From: Haliotis cracherodii
Lineage: Eukaryota
Assembly: GCF_022045235.1 (NCBI RefSeq)
Contig: NW_027266275.1
Location: 69,688,001 to 69,752,000, forward strand
DNA: 64,000 bases
Direction: 5' to 3'
The position numbers were made by a program, and so were the translations under genes. The notes under the pieces were generated by a model. The model was not told the DNA's origin. It worked only from the letters and a program-made list of their open reading frames with translations, and made no database searches. This document shows positions 53,131 through 62,149 of the stretch, one piece after another (within the stretch, counting starts at the first letter, position 1; each line of letters starts with the position of its first letter).

Positions 53131-53560
53131 GGATACACAGGAGAGGATTAATTAAGTACACTGAAGTGTAGTGGTGATAAGGATCTGGCTATAATGACTT
53201 TATATCTCTGCCTACAATCAGCAAGGTTGCAATACAATCATATCACAAAGTATAATATTAAACATTTAATAGATACCTCTTGGACACGGGAGACCAAATG
53301 GCCAGCATGATTTGTGGTTGTCATGTTCTGCAAGTAGTGCGTTCGAAGCCAAGATTCTTGATCCTTGGTTTGCCATGTGCGTGTCATGCCCGTGCTCGTG
53401 GGTTTCGCTAAAGTGTTAAACGTCTTGGATTTGTGTCCCTATGGGCTTTACCCATTACCAAAACGAAATAAGCCTAAAATACCCACTCACTCTTCACACA
53501 CTGAACAGCGTCGATCTTTAAGTTACACTAGTTTATGTAACACTGATGAAACGTACGCGT

Positions 53561-54100
53561 GCATATATTTGTTACTGCAAAAACAATCTGTATTAACCAC
53601 TGAATATTACATCAGCTGTCATGTTAATTGACGTAAATCACAAAATGATATTACATCTGGACATACAAACCAGTGACTGATAGCATGAGCAACAATCCAG
53701 GCATGACACGTAGTTCCAGGGTCTGACCTGAAGACAAGCACGTGATACAAGGGAGATGACGACTATATATATTTGTTACTGCAAAAACAATCTGTATTAA
53801 CCACTGAATATTACATCAGCTGTCATGTTAATTGACGTAAATCACAAAATGATATTACATCTGGACATACAAACCAGTGACTGATAGCATGAGCAACAAT
53901 CCAGGCATGACACGTAGTTCCAGGGTCTGACCTGAAGACAAGCACGTGATACAAGGGAGATGACGACTGCATATATTTGTTACTGCAAAAACAATCTGTA
54001 TTAACCACTGAATATTACATCAGCTGTCATGTTAATTGACGTAAATCACAAAATGATATTACATCTGGACATACAAACCAGTGACTGATAGCATGAGCAA
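53561..54100. repeat. 204-bp tandem repeat, about 2.6 copies
   Basis: GTTACTGCAAAAACAATC at 53571, 53775 and 53979. Confidence 0.95.
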
Positions 54101-54186
54101 TAAAACAGTAAACTACCTACACGTATAGCATGCGAGATAATAAAACTGATAACTGTTCATTAGACTGGCTCATATATTGCGATTAG

Positions 54187-54353
54187 AGTGAGTGAGTGAA
54201 TACGGGTTTACGCCGCTTTTAGCAATATTCCAGCAATATCACTGCGGGGGACACCAGAAATGGGCTTCACACATTGTACCCATGTCGGGAATCGAACCCG
54301 GGTTTTCGGCGTGACGAGCGAACGCTTAAACCACTAGGCCACCCGACCGCCCC
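54187..54353 (-). mobile_element. SINE family A
   Basis: Full copy with TSD TATTGCGATTAG. Confidence 0.9.
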
Positions 54354-55613
54354 TATTGCGATTAGAACTTCTAAAGAAGCACGCCCATTTCAGACAGATG
54401 CAGTTAACTACCGATAAATAATTACATGTATGTTCAGCTTTAAATAACGAAATTTCAGTCTTCTTCAAAATTAACATGTAACTGTTTATCTGTGCTTCAA
54501 ATCTGGGAACATGAGCTTGCGTTTTTTAATTCAGGGCTTTTCATGTTGAAGATTTAGTTGTTGAGAGGAGGTGATTTAAACCGGATTAGTCACAGAAGCG
54601 TCACATGTCTTCAGCCTTATTCCCGTTGAAGCCTGTGTACATGTCTTCAAAGAAAGGACAATGATTTAGTCAAGTCATAAGGTTATGCAGTTTGGCAAGA
54701 ACGAGTTACTCTTAGTGGGGCTTCAAGTAGGAATATTTCACATGCAGCACAAACACAAGTTAAACCTACTAGTGGATACGAAGCAAAGCACGTGTCAGAA
54801 ATGTACATTTCAAGCTGGAACGAAATGTACATGTTAACAACATGTGTTTTACTGAAGGATGTATTCAAGTCCAAACGCAATTAGCAACATTCCGGCTGTG
54901 ACTTAGTCTCTATACAACCTGGGACCACGTTCTAATTGCATCAGGTGAAACGACCATGCCGCTGAAGACGTCGCTGCCAGCAACGCCAATTGCCAAAACC
55001 ATAACAAGAAAACTGATACATATACAACTACTGAACAGAGCTTACGAACCCGTGGTGTCCAGTAGCTGCAGAGACATCAAAGCGTCTTTGGCATAAGATA
55101 CATTTCGTTGTATTTTTAAACTTGTTCTTTCATTGTTCTTTGTGGCTGCAAAAATCTTGTAGAGTTGGATTACAATAATGGACTGTAGTATTGTCAGTGT
55201 TTACACAATAAATGTAAACATGTGTTTCACAGAATTTGTTTGCGTCTTCCGAAACATACTCATTACTGCATTTCGCCACCGCTAACGAAACATAGTCTTC
55301 TATTTGCAAGACATAGTTAGCTTTGCGGGCTTAATTTACGCTCTTTAAAAAGACATCGGTTAATTTGTACTCTTTCAAATATCGTAAGAATTGTTTGAAA
55401 AAAGATCAAAGAAGATTTTTTCTTATTTTTCGGATAATAGAGAACAGAATTGTGTAACAAACATGCAACACGTTTCCTATATACATCTGCATCGTGTATA
55501 TAAATAAGACGACATAACCCTTTCCATATCCAAAAGAAATCTCGGCAAAAGAAGAAAGAGTCGATTGTACGATTCCGACTATATCATGTGTTTATGAATC
55601 ACTATCAAATAGA

Positions 55614-55777
55614 GGGGCGGTCGGGTAGCCTAGTGGTTAAAGCGTTCGCTCGTCACGCCGAAGACCCGGGTTCAATCCCGACATGGGTACAATGTGTGAA
55701 GTCCATTTCTGGTTAACCCGCCGTGATATTGCTGGAATATTGCTAAAAGCGGCGTAAAACCATACTCACTCACTCAC
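55614..55777 (+). mobile_element. SINE family A
   Basis: Full copy with TSD CTATCAAATAG. Confidence 0.9.
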
Positions 55778-55791
55778 TATCAAATAGTTAG

Positions 55792-56035
55792 GATACCAGG
55801 TGCACCCTGCCCCACCGGTGGCACCCGTCACAAACACATGCAAAGGAAAGTCAATTGTTCATCTGAAAAAACACGGCGACATATTGTACAAGTCAAAATA
55901 GGGAATTGCATCGGACATCATCTTTGTCACTGATTCGTCAAATTTGGAAATGTCTCCTACATGTCTACCATACAACTTTTTGAAAGCTTTTCTAGGGCCT
56001 TTGAATGTTGTAACCTTGATAAAAAAAATGATGTT
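55792..56035 (-). mobile_element. 3' end fragment of the same Penelope-like family
   Basis: GTACAAGTCAAAATAGGGAATTGCATCGGACATCAT matches the reverse complement of 22796-22831; ends in a hairpin and CACCTGGTATC. Confidence 0.8.
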
Positions 56036-56802
56036 GACGATGATGTTGGTATGTTAAAGAAGAACAGTTAATGAGTGGTGCAGTCTTGATAGTGAATATC
56101 ACTCCTTTCTGATTCAGAACATAGACATCATCTTCTACTGGCGTATATATACGTTCTGATGCAGTCGGTTAGCTTAGTGGCTAATGTTCAGTTTCGTCTT
56201 GACTAAGACCCAATTCGAATCCCCACATAAGTACGATCTTAAGAATGACTGTATTACCATAAAGATAAGGAGAGAAACAACAGATAGATCGGGATACATC
56301 ACTGCCTCGTATATAGTCTACTGCATCATTATTAATATTCTTTTGAGTGGTACCATATAGGAAACGACATACTTTTAATCGTACCAAATTATAAAAAAAC
56401 GACGAATCCATATAGAATTCATATCTTTTATCATTTATTTTTAAAACAATTTAGGGCACGGGTCGGGTGACCCAGTGGTCTAATACGCTGTGTTTAGTTG
56501 TTTCCCTTATCTCTACCAGGATCCAGTATCCCAGATATGCCCCAATGATATATAAATCTTAACTGCGGTTTCTTTGCACCACACCTGAGCTTGTGGGTTT
56601 CACCAAAGTCAGAAACCTACATTTTCTGAGTTACTTCGGGTTTTCCTCCCACAATAAGCTGAAACACAAAAACTGAAAATACTGTTCAAAGCAGCGTGAA
56701 ACCCATAAACTGAATACAAAGAGAATTCATACGATAATTATATATCACTTTACCTTAGTCATTTTAGCTCTGTAGACGTTAAAAGTAACTTCATGATATC
56801 CT

Positions 56803-56972
56803 GGGGCGGTAGAGTAGCCTAGTGGTTAAAACTTTCACTCGTCACTCTGAAGACCCGGGTTCGATTCCCCACATGGGTATATGTGTGAAGCCCATTTCTG
56901 GTGTCCCCAGCCATGATATAGCTGGACTATCGCTTTAAAAAGAGGCGTAAAACCATACTCACTCACTCACTC
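56803..56972 (+). mobile_element. SINE family A
   Basis: Full diverged copy ending about 75 bp before gelsolin exon 6. Confidence 0.85.
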
Positions 56973-57048
56973 TATTTAAGGCACAATATAACCAGTCAGG
57001 TTTCTTGTATCACGTTATATGTACAATACTCCTGAGTCCATTTTCTAG

Positions 57049-57154
57049 ATATTTAGATGGCGGGGTGGACTCTGGCTTCACGAAAGTCGAGCGAGACAAG
57101 TATGAGACCCGGCTTCTCCATATCAAGGGCAAAAGGAACGTGAGAGTGAGGCAG
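57049..57154 (+). CDS. Gelsolin/villin-family exon 6 (YLDGGVDSGFTKVERDKYETRLLHIKGKRNVRVRQ)
   Basis: Acceptor ttttctag|, donor |gtaggg, 106 nt; phase 2 matches exon 5. G1-G2 linker GGVxSGF and G2 start RLLHIKGKR. Confidence 0.96.
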
Positions 57155-57922
57155 GTAGGGTGTTTGTCGTCTCTTTACATATAAACAGTCCGGTAGTTTC
57201 TTGGTAGTTCATCCTGACGCAAACACCTGTTGGATCCCCATGGGGTTAAACTCCGAACTATTGTTATCCCTATTTTGTGGATTCTGAATTACTGGTTTAC
57301 CTGTACATCTACGCCATTGCTTTAATCAACTTGGTTACACTGGCTAATCAGGTATCATGTGAATCACACATTCATCATTCTTTTGGATATGATCCATAGT
57401 TTGTCAGCATTATATATACATTGAGTTTCACCATATTGTCGCACAACTTCTTCTGCATGGTTTTATTCTTTTTAAATAATTTGATTTAAAACTATTAAAA
57501 GTTAAAAAAACACATAGTACACAACTGCTTATGGGTATCTTAGACGTCTTATCTTTGAAAATCAATATTTTTCGGTTCAAGTTTATAACATTTTAACATG
57601 GCTATTCATTAGACCTATTTATTTTTACAAAAAATATACTGTTGCAGGAATGAATGTGATGGTTAAGTAAACATAATCAGCTTTAATAACAGTTCTTTCA
57701 ATTTTCAATGACATTTAAAAAAAAAATTCTTTCTTTTGTCCCTCAGTGCATTTTCTTGAATCATGCATCAAAGATGGAAATTTCGCTGCAAGCATAAATG
57801 TCGAAGTTGAGGGATAGCAGATATGCATGGTCGTTATTTGGAGTATACATGTATGTTGTTTTTGCGAGAAGTACATTATTGAGGATAGGTTTCATGAACT
57901 AATGTCCTTCATTCTTGGCCAG

Positions 57923-58033
57923 GTCAAGTGTGACGCCAGTTCCTTGAACCAAGGGGATGTCTTCATCCTTGACTGTGGCCTCATCATGTACGTGTGGAAC
58001 GGCCCGACAAGCAGCAAGATGGAGCGAATCAAA
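57923..58033 (+). CDS. Gelsolin/villin-family exon 7 (VKCDASSLNQGDVFILDCGLIMYVWNGPTSSKMERIK)
   Basis: Acceptor ccag|, donor |gtaaga, 111 nt. G2 motif SLNxGDVFILD...YVWNG. Confidence 0.96.
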
Positions 58034-58177
58034 GTAAGACTTACTGGAAAGTCTGGTGCACCGCCATCTCCTTTGCCCCCATCTTATATATTTAGCACCG
58101 TTGGAATTTTGGGATAGAACAGATCCCCTGCATCCCATGACTGTCGAAGGAGTGGACGAATGAAAACTTCTTCCTTT

Positions 58178-58400
58178 TTTTGTTTAACGCCGCACACAGC
58201 AATATTCTAGCTATATGACGGCGGTCTATAAATTATCGAGCTTTGACTAGACAATCCAGTGACTGATATTATGAGCATCACTATATGCAATTAGGATACA
58301 ATGACATGCATCAACTAAGTGAGCGAGTCTGACCACCCGATCCATTTAGACGATCCTCTTACGACAAGCATCAGACACTGGGGTCCGGTATTTTTACCCT
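58178..58400 (-). mobile_element. Retroposon family C, diverged
   Basis: Colinear match. Other partial copies at ~35474-35557, 36975-37111, 37220-37420, 46490-46650, 47105-47302 and 50585-50650. Confidence 0.8.
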
Positions 58401-58945
58401 GAATAACGAAGACTTAGTGGCGACAGTCAATGACGTCATTGCACATTGTATTTCATCGTGCACCGACGGCGTGGATCGGTTCTCAATCATTTGTATGCCT
58501 AACCCAGACTTAATTATTTACAGACCGACCGACAGCTGAAATATAACTGGCTGCGAAGGATATGAAAACATTACTCTCATTTACATTTTTTAAGGAAAAA
58601 CGTTTTCACTTGTCTGTGGAGAGGGTCAGTTATACAAAAAATGTCATTATTTAGTTTGAAACATATGTGTAAAGTCCGATATAGAGACATGGCATAGCAT
58701 CATATCCTAGTCATATGCAGAGTGGTCATGCGATTGCATGGTCAGAGTGGCTGCTGATCATGGGTAGTTCTTTCGCTAACAGCGTTGTGATTGAGCACCT
58801 CTGTTGTGGTCTGGCTGGTGCAGTGTGTGGTCTTACTCCGATAGCGTTGACCAATCTGTACAGTGTTGGTTACCAAGTAGGGCCGCAGGTTTCATGATGA
58901 GCATGTTTTTTGTATGATAGTGACTAATTTGGCGGATGCTTACAG

Positions 58946-59012
58946 GCTGCAGAAGTTGCAAAGACAATCAAAGACGAGGAGCGAGGTGGGCGAGCAACAA
59001 TCAACATAATCG
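58946..59012 (+). CDS. Gelsolin/villin-family exon 8 (AAEVAKTIKDEERGGRATINII); gene continues beyond the window
   Basis: Acceptor ttacag|, donor |gtaagt, 67 nt, ends in phase 1. G2 motif IxDxERxGRA. No convincing next exon found before 64000. Confidence 0.93.
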
Positions 59013-59713
59013 GTAAGTCCTTGTACATCACTCGAGTCATCAGTCATTCAACCAAGCAGTATATTTAAGACTATTATTGGATTTGCATCTTACATTGTGT
59101 TTTAATGTATATACCAACCCTTCCGTCACGTTGGTTGTCCTATATGGCTGTTCATACGTCCTCAAGACTAATTTTGTAGTCTTTTAATATACCTACACGA
59201 GTTATCTCCCTTGTCCTCGTATCAAGCATGAAGGTATATTTTACAAACGCTTACTCGACGGATAACATATTTAGTGAGTGAGCTGCGTTTAACGTCGCTT
59301 TTAATAGTATTTCAGTTACATCACAACGTGTCTGCGTATTGTAGGAGGAAAGCCCGAAGTGATGCAGGTTTACCATTTTGGTGAACCCCATGAGCACGGG
59401 TATGGTGATTCCAACCCACAATTTTTCGTTTCTGGCGTGCCAAAGGGACACAACTCAGAGCAGCCAGCGAGTTGCGGCGCCCACGGATAACATAGAAATA
59501 ACCGTGACGGAATGCGAGGATGAGAGAGACACCAGTGCCGTATCCAGCCGACCACACACCCCCACCCCCACCCCCACCCCCACCCCCACCCCCAAAAAAG
59601 TTAACTACGGCCTTGGACACTGACAGAGCGAGAGATTCTGCATGTGGTTCAGACATAACACGTAATGATCAAAACCTGTCAGATTGACATATTCACTACG
59701 GTCATGTCATTGA

Positions 59714-59876
59714 GGGCGGTGGGATAGCCTAGTGATTAAAGCGTTCCTTCGTCACGAAGAAGACACGGGTTCGATTTCCTACATGGGTACAATGTGTGAA
59801 GCCCATTTCTGCTGCCCTCCTGCCGTGATATTGCTGGAATATTGCTAAAAGCGACCTAAAATTCAACTTACTCACA
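59714..59876 (+). mobile_element. SINE family A
   Basis: Full copy with TSD CATGTCATTGA. Confidence 0.9.
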
Positions 59877-60354
59877 CATGTCATTGAACGGGGGAAATGA
59901 TCTAAATCACAGTTGCAAATTTAAATACCCATAATGTGTTTGTTACCGATATTTGCTTATTGCACTTGTTCTAATTCGACATAAATCTGGTTAAGCTAGA
60001 GTGAAACGACATGCTTTCGCAACCTTCGCTAAAAATCAACTTGTTTGCTGCATGTCTATCCAAACTGCCGGGGAAAATAATGTATGCACTTGAAAATTGG
60101 ATTTGACAACAAAAAACTTACACGCGTTAAAAAGGGTTAGTAGACTGAAAAAAGTCGCCGAAACACTTCAAACTTAAGGTACAAAACATAGCTAGATACG
60201 CGTATCAAATACATCCTCATCGAATTAACCATTTCTTGTTTGTTTCTTGTACAGCCACCATGAAACATGAGTTCATACCTTTTTTTCCCTGCAGTTCAGC
60301 GGGTACGAAAGCCTATTAGGGTCAAAATTGAAGTATGGAAAAGATCCGAAAAGA

Positions 60355-60436
60355 AATTCGTTATAACGGAAAAAAGATTCGTTATTACGAACATATATTC
60401 GTTGTAACGGAAAAAGGATTCGTTATTACGAAAATA
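60355..60436. repeat. Short ~20-bp tandem motif, 4 copies
   Basis: ATTCGTTA(T)AACG-like units; possibly subterminal repeats of a DNA transposon. Confidence 0.6.
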
Positions 60437-61334
60437 AATTCTATAGACAACGTACGCATATAGGAAGAATTTTGCTGTGACAGAATCAAATTTTTAACTC
60501 ACATATAAAATTTAACATGCCTGTATAAGCACCACATTGCACATAACCGCGTTGACAGTTTTACTGCCATCTAAAATCATGTATAATTTATCATCTGAGC
60601 ACTCGTTACCCCCGTTTGACATAACAATGACACACCCTGTCGCATCGATTAACTGTCTAAACCTTTTACTTGCAACATACATGTACGATATTAGCCCTCA
60701 GTAAGTGGTGAAACCCGTGTCTGTCCCAACACGTCGTATGAACATAAGCCTGACACAAACACTGATAAAAGTTCTCGAACCTATATCTGCCCTCGTCAAC
60801 AAGATGAATGACGGCCAGGTCACACAGGCTAACAAAACCAGAAGCCTAAATACACACCTTAGTTGAGGCCAAACTTTTAAATTGTTGCTTTGAGGATTTT
60901 ATAAAATATATCATTGTCAGTAGGTTAGGAAAATTTATCGGAAAGACAATTCAGATTAATTTGTTTCGTATGATAATTTGCCATGTGAGCTGTCTTGCCG
61001 TTTAGCCTAGTATATGGTAATATAATTACACATGATCGAGTTTTATTCGACGAAATACAATAAATATTGCTTTTCAAGTTTTGTTTCTCCACGTTACTAT
61101 CTGGTCGATTAAATCCGTGAAGGTTTATTTCTCTACGTCTTGCCTTAAGGCCAAGCTTCCGATTCACTGATTTATGGACTCCAAAAATATAGCGTAAGGC
61201 CTATTATTTATACCGTGTCACACAAATATCCAGCAATATTTATAGCCCCTAATATATTTACACCTGTCCCTTAGCGTTACATGCGGCCCCTTTTGTAACC
61301 TATACTGGTCGTACGAGGCGACTTAATGGATCGT

Positions 61335-61471
61335 GGGGGGTCGGGTAGCCTGGTAGTTAAAGCGTTCGCTCGTCACGCCGAAGACCCGGGTTCGATTCCC
61401 GACATGGGTACATTGTGTGAAGCCCATTTCTCGTTCCCCTCGGTGATATTGCTTAAACATTACTAAAAGCG
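61335..61471 (+). mobile_element. SINE family A nested inside a family C copy (~61305-61617)
   Basis: Interrupts the family C sequence between ...GGATC and GGGTGATCAGGCTC; no tail. Confidence 0.8.
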
Positions 61472-61726
61472 GGTGATCAGGCTCGGTGACTTGGTTGATA
61501 GCTTGTTTTCGTACCCCGACAGCGTGAGACGTCGATCATGATATGTCTGGTCCAGACTCGATTATTTAGCGGCAGACGTGATATAGCTGGCGTTAAACTG
61601 CGGCGTTAAACAACAAATATATTTACACCACACTCTTGCACAGATGAGTTTATAGTGAATATGGTCTCTCTTAATTTGTCACAACTCGTTCATGAATATT
61701 TGCCACCACACTTTATAATCCAAAAC

Positions 61727-61971
61727 GTCCCGTTAAGATCCGGGGTAGAATCGATCTTCAGCCACCCATTCTTGCCGTAAAAAGCGACTAACGGGATCGG
61801 GTGGCAGGCTCGCTGACTTGGTTGATACATGTCATCGTATCCCAATTGCGTGGATCGATGCTCGTAATGTCAATCACTTGATTGTCTGGTCCAGACTCGA
61901 TTATTTACAGACCGCCGTCATATAGCTGGAATATTGCTGACAAACAACAAATAAACAGACAAACAAACAAA
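61727..61971 (+). mobile_element. Retroposon family C, full length with TSD
   Basis: 13-bp TSD TATAATCCAAAAC at 61714-61726 and 61972-61984 defines both ends. Confidence 0.92.
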
Positions 61972-62149
61972 TATAATCCAAAACAGGTTTCCACAGGAGA
62001 TATAAGTGGCCTGTTAAGTCATACGTTGTCAAAGCTGTATGTGTTGTGGTATACTGAGGTATGTTTCGAGATCAACGCGCCCATCTGTGGACGGGCGTAG
62101 GGAGCTGACATATCTATTGCACATTTTGTGCGTAGGGTGGTTGTGAATC

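Noticed and set aside
55614-55690. tRNA genes (Asp-like GTC loop) at SINE A heads, and Leu-like heads of SINE D
   Set aside because: They lack a closed acceptor stem and continue into SINE body, tail and TSD.
61640-61700. Possible gelsolin exon 9 after CACAG|ATGAG
   Set aside because: The translation has no gelsolin similarity and I found no suitable donor.
61727-61810. Fitting the family C head to an HDV-like ribozyme
   Set aside because: It has a terminal G-U pair and a CUAA, but no P3/L3 (UCCnCGY) or P1.1, and the helix order differs. Kept as an unassigned structure.
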